The notes under the pieces: generated by a model
Told to the model about the DNA's origin: nothing
The model's database searches: none
Seen by the model: the letters and a program-made list of their open reading frames with translations, nothing else
Part shown: positions 35,984 through 44,731 of the stretch, piece by piece
Position numbering within the stretch: the first letter of the stretch is position 1
Layout of the letters: each line of letters opens with the position of its first letter
Source: Acidobacteriota bacterium
GTDB lineage: Bacteria > Acidobacteriota > Thermoanaerobaculia > UBA5066 > Gp7-AA6
Reading direction: 5' to 3'
Assembly: GCA_027307335.1 (NCBI GenBank)
Contig: DAHUXD010000039.1
Span: 11,625 to 75,624, forward strand
Length of the DNA stretch: 64,000 nt
Made by a program: the position numbers and the translations under genes

Positions 35984-37393
35984 ATGGCGACTGAGGCCGC
36001 CACCTCGGCAGGCACCGCGCCCCGCGGCACGATGCGGTACGTGCTCCGGATCTCCGCCGTCGCGGCGACGGGCGGCTTCCTGTTCGGCTACGACACCGCC
36101 GTCGTCAACGGCACGGTCGGCGCGCTCGAGCGCCACTTCCGCGCGGACGCCGGCCGGCTCGGATTCGCCGTCGCGGCGGCCCTCCTCGGCTCGGCGCTCG
36201 GAGCGATCCTCGCGGGCCGCGTCGCGGACCGCTGGGGGCGAGTCCCCGCGATGAAGGTGACGGCGCTCCTCTTCGCGGCCGGGTCGATCGGATCCGGCCT
36301 GGCCCAGTCGCTCGGGTCGTTCGCGGCCTGGCGGTTCCTGGGCGGGATCGCGGTCGGCGCGGCGAGCGTCGTGGCCCCGGCCTACATCGCCGAGGTCGCG
36401 CCGGCGCGCGTGCGCGGGCGGCTCGGGTCGCTGCAGCAGCTCGCGATCGTCACGGGCATCTTCCTGGCGCTCGCCGTGAACGACCTCATCGCCCACACCG
36501 CGGGGTCGCCGGACGCGCCGTTCTGGTTCGGCGTGCCCGCCTGGCGCTGGATGTTCTGGGTCGAGGTCCTGCCGTCGCTCGTGTACGGGCTCGGCGCCTT
36601 CTTCGTCCCCGAGTCTCCGCGACGGCTCGTGGCGGAGCGGCGCGAGGCGGAGGCGGCTGCCGTGCTCGCCCGCATCGGGGACCCCGACGTGCCCGAGCGC
36701 ATCCGGGAGATCCGGCAGACGGTGGGGGCGCGGCGGCCGGCCTTCGCGGACCTGCGCGCGGCGCGGAGCGGGCTCCTTCCGATCGTGTGGGTCGGCGTCG
36801 GGCTGTCGATCTTCCAGCAGTTCGTGGGGATCAACGTCATCTTCTATTACTCGACGGCGCTGTGGCACTCGGTAGGATTCACCGAGGCGGACTCCATGCG
36901 CATCAGCACGATCACCGGCATCATCAACATCGGCACGACGCTCGTCGCCATCGCCAGCGTCGACCGCTTCGGCCGCAAGCCGCTCCTTCTCGCCGGCTCG
37001 GTCGGCATGACGCTGACGCTCGGCACGATGGCGTGGCTCTTCGGACGCGCCCCGCTCGATCCGCACGGCACGCCCGTGCTGTCCGGCGCCGCGGGAACGG
37101 CGGCGCTCGTCGCGGCGAACCTGTACGTGTTCGCGTTCGGCTTCTCGTGGGGCCCCGTCGTCTGGGTGCTCCTCGGCGAGATGTTCAACAACCGGATCCG
37201 CGGCGCGGCCCTCGCGCTCGCCGCCGCGGCGCAGTGGGTCGCCAACTGGCTCGTCACGCTCACGTTCCCGGGCCTGTCCCGCGCGGGCCTCGGCTGGGCG
37301 TACGGGCTGTACACCGGCGCCGCGGCCGCGTCGTTTCTCTTCGTCGCCCGGTTCGTGAGAGAGACGAAGGGACGCGCGCTGGAGGACATGTGA
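35984..37393 (+). CDS. MFS sugar-porter family transporter
   Basis: 12 TM helices with GRVADRWGR, PESPRRL and GPVVWVLLGEMFNNRIRG signatures. Confidence 0.85.
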   Translation: MATEAATSAGTAPRGTMRYVLRISAVAATGGFLFGYDTAVVNGTVGALERHFRADAGRLGFAVAAALLGSALGAILAGRVADRWGRVPAMKVTALLFAAGSIGSGLAQSLGSFAAWRFLGGIAVGAASVVAPAYIAEVAPARVRGRLGSLQQLAIVTGIFLALAVNDLIAHTAGSPDAPFWFGVPAWRWMFWVEVLPSLVYGLGAFFVPESPRRLVAERREAEAAAVLARIGDPDVPERIREIRQTVGARRPAFADLRAARSGLLPIVWVGVGLSIFQQFVGINVIFYYSTALWHSVGFTEADSMRISTITGIINIGTTLVAIASVDRFGRKPLLLAGSVGMTLTLGTMAWLFGRAPLDPHGTPVLSGAAGTAALVAANLYVFAFGFSWGPVVWVLLGEMFNNRIRGAALALAAAAQWVANWLVTLTFPGLSRAGLGWAYGLYTGAAAASFLFVARFVRETKGRALEDM

Positions 37394-37409
37394 GGGGAGA
37401 GGTTGGCGA

Positions 37410-37449
37410 GGTCGCCCCCTCACCCCGGCCCTCTCCCGAGGGGAGAGGG
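37410..37449. repeat. G-rich hairpin element, copy B (opposite orientation)
   Basis: The reverse complement CCCTCTCCC..GGAGAGGGCCGGGGTGAGGGGGCGACC matches copy A at 6737-6774. It lies just after the MFS stop. Confidence 0.5.
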
Positions 37450-37472
37450 AGAAGGAATGAGGAGGTGACCAG

Positions 37473-37844
37473 GTGAGCAGTCCCGATCGAGTGGGCCCCG
37501 AGAAGAGGCGGGTCGGCGTGGCGGAGGCGATGCGGCAGCTGCCGGGGCCGAACGGCGACCGTTTCGCGACGGTGCTCCGGCACGGCACGCTCGACATCGA
37601 AATCTACGCGCCGCGCGGCACGGATCCGCAGAAGCCGCACACGCGCGACGAGGTGTACGTCGTCGTGCAGGGCCAGGGCGAGTTCCGCAATGGCTCGAAG
37701 ATCGAGCGATTCGGTCCCGGCGACGTGCTCTTCGTCCCGGCGCTCGAGGACCACCGGTTCGAGAACTTCACCCAGGACCTCGTGGTGTGGGTGATGTTCT
37801 ACGGCCCGGAGGGCGGGGAGGCGGCGCTCGCGTCGGCCCCGTGA
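37473..37844 (+). CDS. cupin-domain protein
   Basis: Small beta-barrel pattern (DEVYVVVQGQGEF...GDVLFVPALEDHRFEN). Confidence 0.6.
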   Translation: MSSPDRVGPEKRRVGVAEAMRQLPGPNGDRFATVLRHGTLDIEIYAPRGTDPQKPHTRDEVYVVVQGQGEFRNGSKIERFGPGDVLFVPALEDHRFENFTQDLVVWVMFYGPEGGEAALASAP

Positions 37845-37973
37845 CATCGAGTCGTCTTCGCCGGCCGGTCCTCCATTCTCTCGGGCCGGCTGCCGACGCG
37901 GCGTTCTCCCGCCGCGCGGCGGACGCGTGCGATACTCGCCGCCCGAGAACGTCCGTAACAGGAGAATGACGAC

Positions 37974-38426
37974 ATGATCGAGCGGCTCCGCGAGAGCAAC
38001 GAGAAGGCGTTCGGCTTCAAGGTGACGGGCCGGGTCACGGCGGCGGAGGTCGAGGCCCTCGCTCCGCAGCTCGAGTTCGCGATCAAGGATCGCGGCAAGC
38101 GCACGCTCGGGATCCTCGCGGATCTCTCGGCCATGACGGGAGCCGAGTGGAAGGCGCGCTGGGACGAGATCAAGTTCCTCGCGAAGTTCGGCGAGCACAT
38201 CGAGCGCGTGGCCGTCGTGGGCGCCGGAAAGTGGGAGGACGTGAAGGCGGAGGTCCTCGGCGGCACGGTCCTCGTGCAGGCGGAGACCCGCTACTACCCC
38301 TCGGACGACATCCTGCACGCGTGGCACTGGGTCAAGACGGGGGACGCGGGCGCGGCCGCGGGTCGGACCATCCTGCCGAAGGGCAGCCTCATGGCGGGTT
38401 ACGTGCCGGAGTACTCGGAGGTCTGA
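37974..38426 (+). CDS. STAS/SpoIIAA-like (DUF3478-like) protein
   Basis: LGILADLSAMTGAEWKARWDEIKFLAKFGEHIERVAVVG follows the family pattern. Confidence 0.55.
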   Translation: MIERLRESNEKAFGFKVTGRVTAAEVEALAPQLEFAIKDRGKRTLGILADLSAMTGAEWKARWDEIKFLAKFGEHIERVAVVGAGKWEDVKAEVLGGTVLVQAETRYYPSDDILHAWHWVKTGDAGAAAGRTILPKGSLMAGYVPEYSEV

Positions 38427-38428
38427 CC

Positions 38429-38935
38429 TTGAGCGGCGCGGGCGTCTCGATCGAGCGTCTGACGCCCTCCGACTGGGACGCCGTCCGCGGGATCTACCTC
38501 GAGGGAATCGCGACCGGCGACGCCACCTTCGAGACCGATGCGCCGGGATGGGAGATCTGGGACGGCGCGCACCGCCAGGACGCGCGGCTCGTCGCCCGCC
38601 GCGCCGGGCGCGTCGTGGGATGGGCCGCGCTGACGCGCGTCTCCGGGCGCTGCGTCTACGCGGGCGTCGCGGAGGTCAGCGTTTACGTCGCGGAGAGCGC
38701 GCGCGGCGAGGGCGTCGGCCGCGCGCTCCTCGAGGCGCTGATCGCCGCGTCGGAGCAGGCGGGCGTCTGGACGCTCCAGGCCGGAATCTTTCCCGAGAAT
38801 GCCGCGTCGATCGCGCTGCACGAGCGCTGCGGCTTCCGCATCGTCGGGCGGCGGGAACGGCTCGGCCGTCTCGGTCCGACGTGGCGCGACGTGATGCTGC
38901 TCGAGCGACGGAGCCCGCGCGTGGGCGCGAGCTGA
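38429..38935 (+). CDS. GNAT N-acetyltransferase (phosphinothricin acetyltransferase-like)
   Basis: VSVYVAESARGEGVGRALLEALIAASEQAGVWTLQAGIFPENAASIALHERCGF is the PAT-like core. TTG start inferred. Confidence 0.65.
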   Translation: MSGAGVSIERLTPSDWDAVRGIYLEGIATGDATFETDAPGWEIWDGAHRQDARLVARRAGRVVGWAALTRVSGRCVYAGVAEVSVYVAESARGEGVGRALLEALIAASEQAGVWTLQAGIFPENAASIALHERCGFRIVGRRERLGRLGPTWRDVMLLERRSPRVGAS

Positions 38936-38963
38936 GCCGCCGCGCTTTTCGAACGCGATCCCG

Positions 38964-40220
38964 ATGCCTCACGACGTCTCTCTCATCTCGACGGTCGCGA
39001 TCGGCCTGAGCTTCGCGTTCGTCGGCGGCCTGCTCGCCGTGCGCGTGGGCTTGCCGCCGCTCGTCGGCTACCTGCTGGCGGGCATCGTGGTCGGTCCGTT
39101 CACGCCGGGGTTCGTGGCGGACCAGAAGCTCGCCCCGCAGATCGCGGAGATCGGCGTCGTCCTGCTGATGTTCGGCGTCGGCATGCACTTCTCGATCGGC
39201 GACCTCTGGGCCGTCCGCCGGATCGCCGTCCCGGGGGCGATCGGCCAGATCGCGGTGGCGACCGCGCTCGGCGCGGGTGTCTCGCGGTTCTGGGGCTGGG
39301 AGCTCGACGACGGGCTGATGTTCGGCCTGGCGCTGTCGACCGCGAGCACGGTCGTGCTGCTGCGGGCCCTGGAGGATCGAGGCCTGGTTCAGACCGCGGA
39401 CGGCCGGATCGCCATCGGCTGGCTCGTCGTCGAGGATCTCGTCATGGTCCTCGCGCTCGTTCTCCTGCCGGCGCTCGCCCACGCCCTCGCGCCGCCGGGC
39501 GCCCCACCCGCCGCCGGCGGCATCGGATGGGCGATCGCGATCACGCTCGGCAAGGTGATCGCGTTCGTCGGGCTGATGCTCGTGGTGGGCAAGCGGGTCT
39601 TTCCCTGGCTGCTGAGGCGCGTCGACAGGACCGGGTCGAGGGAGCTGTTCACCCTGGCGGTCATCGCGCTCTCGCTCGGCGTGGCGTTCGGGTCCGCCGA
39701 GCTGTTCGGCGTGTCGCTCGCGCTGGGGGCCTTCTTCGCCGGGATGGTGGTTCACGAATCCGATCTGAGCCACCGCGCGGCGCACGAGCTGCGGCCGCTC
39801 CAGGACGCGTTCGGCGCCCTCTTCTTCGTGGCGATGGGCATGCTCTTCGACCCGTCCGTGCTGGTCCGGGAACCGCTCCGGGTCCTCGTCGTCGTCCTCA
39901 TCATCGTGGTCGGCAAGTCGCTGGCGGCCCTCGGCATCGTGCGGCTGCTCCGCGGCTCGATGCACACGGCGCTCACCGTCTCCGCGGCGCTCGCGCAGAT
40001 CGGGGAGTTCTCGTTCATCCTCGCCGCGCTCGGCGTGAGCCTCGGGCTTCTCGTCCCGGAGACGCAGAGCCTGATCGTGGCCGGAGCGCTCCTCTCGATC
40101 ACCATCAATCCCATCGTGTTCCGGGCCCTCGCGCGACCCGCGCGGCGGGAGAACGCCGCGTTGGAAGCCCGGGCCGGACGAAGCGCGGGCCGGAATTCCG
40201 AAGAAGAAATCAGCCCGTGA
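38964..40220 (+). CDS. cation:proton antiporter (CPA2 family)
   Basis: ~12 TM helices with LPPLVGYLLAGIVVGP and EFSFILAALG; no C-terminal KTN domain. Confidence 0.8.
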   Translation: MPHDVSLISTVAIGLSFAFVGGLLAVRVGLPPLVGYLLAGIVVGPFTPGFVADQKLAPQIAEIGVVLLMFGVGMHFSIGDLWAVRRIAVPGAIGQIAVATALGAGVSRFWGWELDDGLMFGLALSTASTVVLLRALEDRGLVQTADGRIAIGWLVVEDLVMVLALVLLPALAHALAPPGAPPAAGGIGWAIAITLGKVIAFVGLMLVVGKRVFPWLLRRVDRTGSRELFTLAVIALSLGVAFGSAELFGVSLALGAFFAGMVVHESDLSHRAAHELRPLQDAFGALFFVAMGMLFDPSVLVREPLRVLVVVLIIVVGKSLAALGIVRLLRGSMHTALTVSAALAQIGEFSFILAALGVSLGLLVPETQSLIVAGALLSITINPIVFRALARPARRENAALEARAGRSAGRNSEEEISP

Positions 40221-41164
40221 GCATCCTCGTCCTCGGCGGCTCCGGCTTCATCGGAGGCGCCGCCGTGCGGCGTCTACGCGCGCGAGGCGCGGAGGTCCGG
40301 ACCTTTCAGCGGGGCGAGGGAGCCGACGTGCGGGGCGATCGGGCCGAGCTTCCGAGGCATCGCGACACCCTCGCGCGCCTCGCGCCGGACGTCGTGGTGG
40401 ATGCGATCGCGTTCACCGAGGCGGACGCCGCCGCCCTCGTCGAGACGTTCCGCGGCGTCGCCCGGCGCACGCTCGTCCTCTCGAGCCAGGACGTGTACGC
40501 ATCCTACGGCCGACTGCTCGGTCTCGAACCGGGCGCGCCGGGGGAGATCCCGTCGAAGGAAGACGGGCCGCTTCGCGCGGCGCGCTTCCCGTACCGCGCG
40601 AAAGCCGCCGGTCCGCAGGAGATGGCGTACGGGTACGAGAAGATCCTCGTCGAGAAGGTCGCGGCCGCGGATCCGGCGCTGCCGGCGACGATCCTGAGGC
40701 TGCCGTGCGTCTACGGACCCGGAGACCGGCACCATCGGGTCGGAAAGGTCCTCGCGCGTCTCGCGTCGGGCAGACCGTTTCTCCTCGATCGCGCGAAGGC
40801 GCGCTGGCGCTGGATGCGCGGGTCGGTCCGGAATGTCGCGGAGGCGATCGCTCTGGCGGCGCTCGACGGGCGCGCCGCGGGCCGCTTCTACAACGTGGGC
40901 GAGGAGCCGGCGCCGACGGAGTCGGAGTGGGTGCATCGGATCGCGCGGGCCGCGGGGCTCTCGGCCGATGTCCGCGAGGTCGCCCGCGCGGAGCTGCCGC
41001 GGGAGCTCGCCGAGCCGTTCGACTTCGCGCACGACCTCGTGGCGGACACGCGGCGCATCCGGGAGGAGCTGGGATACGGCGAGATCGAGGATCCGGAGGC
41101 CGCGGCGAGGACGGCGGTTGCGTGGGAGCGCGCCGCCGGGACATCGTCGGCCTCCAGCTCTTGA
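40217..41164 (+). CDS. NAD-dependent epimerase/dehydratase family protein
   Basis: ILVLGGSGFIGGAAVRRL is the Rossmann motif; GTGA overlap upstream. Confidence 0.75.
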   Translation: MSILVLGGSGFIGGAAVRRLRARGAEVRTFQRGEGADVRGDRAELPRHRDTLARLAPDVVVDAIAFTEADAAALVETFRGVARRTLVLSSQDVYASYGRLLGLEPGAPGEIPSKEDGPLRAARFPYRAKAAGPQEMAYGYEKILVEKVAAADPALPATILRLPCVYGPGDRHHRVGKVLARLASGRPFLLDRAKARWRWMRGSVRNVAEAIALAALDGRAAGRFYNVGEEPAPTESEWVHRIARAAGLSADVREVARAELPRELAEPFDFAHDLVADTRRIREELGYGEIEDPEAAARTAVAWERAAGTSSASSS

Positions 41165-41215
41165 CCGCGTTTTCCGCTTGACTTACGCCCTTTTGACGCC
41201 TAGTCTCGGCTCCCC
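41161..41215 (+). promoter_or_regulatory. candidate promoter region of dnaE2 (three TTGAC motifs spaced 15-17 nt)
   Basis: It is AT-richer than the genome, and TTGAC occurs at 41161, 41178 and 41193. No clear LexA box was recognised. Confidence 0.3.
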
Positions 41216-44200
41216 ATGGCCGATAAGCGCCACCGCCCGTCGGGCAGCGCGCCGGAGATGCCGCCCTCGCGGAACATGGGGGTGGGCAACTCCTCCTGCG
41301 GCGGACGACACTCGGACGCCGACCCGCTGTCCTCCATCGTCTCGGCCGGGGCGCGCAAGGAGAAGCTGAGGCACCGCGACTTCGTGTCGTCCGCGCCGCG
41401 ACACACGAAGGCGCCCCCGTATTCGGAGCTGCGCTGCGCGTCGGCCTTTTCCTTCCTCGACGGCGCGTCGCTGCCGGAGGACCTGGTCGAGGAGGCCGCG
41501 CGGCTGGAGATTCCGGCGGTCGCGCTCGTCGACCGCAACGGCGTCTACGGCGCGCCGCGGTTCTACAAGGCCGCGAAGGCGGCGGGACTCCGGGCGATCG
41601 TGGGCGCGGAGGTGACCTTGGAGGGCGGGGACAAGCCCCGCCCCTACAAACGCAGGCCCGTAGGGGCGGCCCTTGCGGCCGCCCGTCCGGCGCCTCGCCT
41701 CACACTTCTCGTCGAGTCTCGCGCCGGCTACAGGAACCTCTGCCGGCTGATCACCACGGGTGCGCTCGGGAAGGCGAAGGGGGAGACCGCCGTCACGCTC
41801 GACCAGGTCGCCGCGCACGCGGAGGGACTCCACGTCCTGACTGGCGGCGACGAGGGGCCCGCCGCGCGCGCGCTCGGAAAAGGTGGCCTCGACGCCGCGA
41901 AGGATCTCCTCGCGGACCTCCGCGCGATCTTTCCGGGCCGCCTCCACGTCGAGCTCCAGCGCCATCATCTCCGCGAGGAGGAGCACCGCAACCGCGCGCT
42001 CGGCGACCTCGCCCGCGCGCTGAAGCTGCCGCTCGTCGCGACGAACGGCGTGCGCTACGCGCGGACGAAGGACAAGGAACTCCACGACGTCCTGACTTCG
42101 ATCCGGAACCACGTGACGCTCGATCGGGCCGGCCGTCTCCTCGCGGCGCAGCGCGAGCGCCACTTCCGGGGAAGCGCCGCGATGCGCGAGCTCTTCGCCG
42201 ACCGACCGGACGCCGTCGACGCGGCCGCCGAGCTCGCGCGGCGCCTCGACTTCACGCTCGCGGACCTCGGCTACCGATTTCCCGAGTACCCGCTGCCTCC
42301 GGGCGAGACGCCGTCGTCGCACCTGCGCCGCCTGACCTGGAACGGCGCGCGGGCGCGCTTCCGGCCGCTGACCGCGAAGGCGCAGGCGCAGATCGAGAAG
42401 GAGCTCGCGATGATCGAGAAGCTCGACCTCGCCGGCTACTTCCTCATCGTCCACGACGTCGTGCGCTTCTGCCTCGAGGAGCGGATCCTCGTCCAGGGCC
42501 GCGGCTCGGCCGCCAACAGCGCCGTCTGCTACGCGCTCTCGATCACCGCCGTGGACCCGGTGAAGATGGAGCTTCTCTTCGAGCGATTCCTCTCGGAGGA
42601 GCGCGGCGAGTGGCCGGACATCGACCTCGACCTGCCCTCCGGCGACCAGCGCGAGCGCGTCATCCAGCACGTCTACGGGAAGTACGGGCCGCACGGCGCC
42701 GGCATGACGGCGAACGTGATCACCTACCGCGACCGCTCCTCGGCCCGCGAGGTCGCGAAGGCGCTCGGCTACTCGCCGGAGCAGGTGGACGCGCTGTCGA
42801 AGCAGCTTGGCGGCTGGAACTTCGGCGAGATCCGCGAGCCCGTCGAGGAGCTCGAGGGCGAGATCGCCGCCGCCGGCTTCGACCCCGAGGAGCGGCGTGC
42901 GCGCCACTTCCTGCGCCTCTTCCTCCAGATCCAGAACCTCCCGCGCCACCTCGGCCAGCACTCGGGCGGCATCGTCGTCGCGGCGGGCCGGCTCGACGAG
43001 GTCGTCCCGCTCGAGCCCGCGTCCATGCCGGGCCGCGTCGTCGTGCAGTGGGACAAGGACGACTGCGCCGACCTCGGCATCGTCAAGGTGGACCTCCTCG
43101 GCCTCGGCATGCTCGCCGCGATCGAGGAGTGCATTCCCATGATCTCGACGCACGAGAAGGTCGCGGTCGACCTCGCGCACCTGCCGCAGGACGATCCCGC
43201 CGTCTACGGGATGCTGAACGCGGCGGACACGGTCGGCCTCTTCCAGGTCGAGAGCCGCGCACAGATGGCGTCGCTGCCGCGCAACGCGCCGAAATGCTTC
43301 TACGACATCGTCGTGCAGGTCGCGATCATCCGGCCGGGGCCGATCGTCGGCGGCATGGTCCATCCCTTCTTCGACCGGCGGCAGGGGAGAGCGCCGGTCG
43401 AGTATCCGGACCCCTGCCTCGAGCCGATCCTGAAGCGCACGCTCGGCGTGCCGCTCTTCCAGGAGCAAATCCTGAAGATGGCGATGGTCGCGGCGGGCTT
43501 CTCGGGCGGCGAGGCCGAGGAGCTGCGGCGCGCGATGGGGTTCAAGCGCTCGGCCGAGCGCATGGAGTCGATCGAGACGCGGCTGCGCCTCGGGATGGCG
43601 GCGCGCGGCATCGGCGAGAAGGCGCGCGACCAGATCGTCAAGTGCATCACGTCGTTCGCGCTCTACGGCTTTCCCGAGTCGCACGCGGCGAGCTTCGCGC
43701 TCATCGCCTATGCGAGCGCGTACCTGAAGGCGCACCACCCGGCCGCGTTCCTCGCGGCGCTCTTGAACTCGTGGCCGATGGGCTTCTACCACCCGGCGAC
43801 GCTCGTGAAGGACGCGCAGCACCACGGCACCCGCGTCCGGCCGATCGACGCGACGCGCTCGGGCTGGAAGTGCCGGTGGGAGGAGGGCGCGGTGCGCCTG
43901 GGGATGCGCTTCGTCAAGGGTCTGCGCGAGGAGGCCGGCCTCTCGGTCGAGCGCGCGCAGGCCGAGCGGCCGTTCGCCTCGATCGACGATCTCGCGCGGC
44001 GCTCGGCGCTGCGTCCCGGCGACCTCGAGCTCCTCGCCCACGCGGGCGCGCTCTCGGGGTTTGGGAAGTCGCGGCGCGAGGCGCTGTGGCAGGTGTCGAA
44101 GGTCGCGCGCCGTGCCGGGCCGCTCCTCGACGCGCTGCCGACCGACGGCGTCTCGCCGCTGCCCGAGATGTCGCCGATCGAGGAGACGCGCGCGGACTAC

Positions 44201-44581
44201 CAGACGGCGGAGATGACGGCCGGGCCGCACATGCTCGCGCACCTGCGGGACGGGCTCGCGCGCCGCGGCGTGATCCCCGCGCGGGATCTGCCGCGCCGCG
44301 CGGATGGCGACCGCGTCACGACCGCGGGCGCGGTGATCGTGCGGCAGCGGCCGGGGACGGCGAAGGGCTTCGTGTTCCTGACGCTGGAGGACGAGACCGG
44401 GATGCTCCAGGCGATCGTGCGGCCGGACCTGTTCAAGGAGCAGCGGGCGCTCGTCGTCGGCTCGGGCGCGCTGGTGGTCGAGGGCCGCCTCCAGAAGCAG
44501 GACGGCTCGATGTCGGTCAAGGCGGAGCGGTTCTGGACGATCCCGGAGTTCGAGAGCCTGCCGAGCCACGATTTCCGTTAG
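41216..44581 (+). CDS. dnaE2: error-prone DNA polymerase DnaE2 (ImuC)
   Basis: The PHP-domain start YSELRCASAFSFLDGASLPEDLVEEA is followed by Pol III alpha core motifs and a C-terminal OB fold. Upstream of the conserved N-terminus the frame keeps strong GC3 bias, so ATG 41216 is the likely start; GTG 41384 is an alternative. Confidence 0.85.
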   Translation: MADKRHRPSGSAPEMPPSRNMGVGNSSCGGRHSDADPLSSIVSAGARKEKLRHRDFVSSAPRHTKAPPYSELRCASAFSFLDGASLPEDLVEEAARLEIPAVALVDRNGVYGAPRFYKAAKAAGLRAIVGAEVTLEGGDKPRPYKRRPVGAALAAARPAPRLTLLVESRAGYRNLCRLITTGALGKAKGETAVTLDQVAAHAEGLHVLTGGDEGPAARALGKGGLDAAKDLLADLRAIFPGRLHVELQRHHLREEEHRNRALGDLARALKLPLVATNGVRYARTKDKELHDVLTSIRNHVTLDRAGRLLAAQRERHFRGSAAMRELFADRPDAVDAAAELARRLDFTLADLGYRFPEYPLPPGETPSSHLRRLTWNGARARFRPLTAKAQAQIEKELAMIEKLDLAGYFLIVHDVVRFCLEERILVQGRGSAANSAVCYALSITAVDPVKMELLFERFLSEERGEWPDIDLDLPSGDQRERVIQHVYGKYGPHGAGMTANVITYRDRSSAREVAKALGYSPEQVDALSKQLGGWNFGEIREPVEELEGEIAAAGFDPEERRARHFLRLFLQIQNLPRHLGQHSGGIVVAAGRLDEVVPLEPASMPGRVVVQWDKDDCADLGIVKVDLLGLGMLAAIEECIPMISTHEKVAVDLAHLPQDDPAVYGMLNAADTVGLFQVESRAQMASLPRNAPKCFYDIVVQVAIIRPGPIVGGMVHPFFDRRQGRAPVEYPDPCLEPILKRTLGVPLFQEQILKMAMVAAGFSGGEAEELRRAMGFKRSAERMESIETRLRLGMAARGIGEKARDQIVKCITSFALYGFPESHAASFALIAYASAYLKAHHPAAFLAALLNSWPMGFYHPATLVKDAQHHGTRVRPIDATRSGWKCRWEEGAVRLGMRFVKGLREEAGLSVERAQAERPFASIDDLARRSALRPGDLELLAHAGALSGFGKSRREALWQVSKVARRAGPLLDALPTDGVSPLPEMSPIEETRADYQTAEMTAGPHMLAHLRDGLARRGVIPARDLPRRADGDRVTTAGAVIVRQRPGTAKGFVFLTLEDETGMLQAIVRPDLFKEQRALVVGSGALVVEGRLQKQDGSMSVKAERFWTIPEFESLPSHDFR
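41624..41684. repeat. REP-like double-hairpin element, copy 1 (rearranged; in-frame inside dnaE2)
   Basis: GGCGGGGACAAGCCCCGCCCCTAC-13 nt-TAGGGGCGGCCCTTGCGGCCGCCC. The two hairpins and the CCCCTAC/GTAGGGG ends match the intergenic copies. It encodes GGDKPRPYKRRPVGAALAAARP. Confidence 0.55.
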
Positions 44582-44601
44582 AGACGCCGCAGACGCCTTC
44601 T

Positions 44602-44687
44602 GTCATCCCGAGGAGCGCAGCGACGAGGGATCCCTTTGAAGTCACCGCGGGGGCATCGAAGGGATCCCTCGCTTCGCTCGGGATGAC
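44602..44687. repeat. imperfect inverted repeat built from two GTCATCCCGAG...GGGATCC modules
   Basis: Left arm 44602-44633, right arm 44661-44687. The right arm reverse complement is GTCATCCCGAGCGAAGCGAGGGATCC, which I recognise as a widespread motif that translates as CHPERSEGS in misannotated ORFs. Confidence 0.55.
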
Positions 44688-44731
44688 AAGAAAAGGCAAC
44701 CTTCCGTTCCGAGCCTCGTAAACTCCTCCCG

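Noticed and set aside
35114-37597. 827-aa minus-strand ORF
   Set aside because: Antisense to the M55 peptidase and MFS transporter genes; an R/E/D/G-rich artefact.
41165-41215. LexA (SOS) box upstream of dnaE2
   Set aside because: I looked for GAAC-N4-GTTC or CTGT-N8-ACAG-type palindromes and found none. Only the TTGAC repeats were seen, so no LexA site is claimed.
41183-44569. 1128-aa minus-strand ORF
   Set aside because: Exactly antisense to dnaE2, which has unmistakable Pol III alpha motifs; low-complexity translation.
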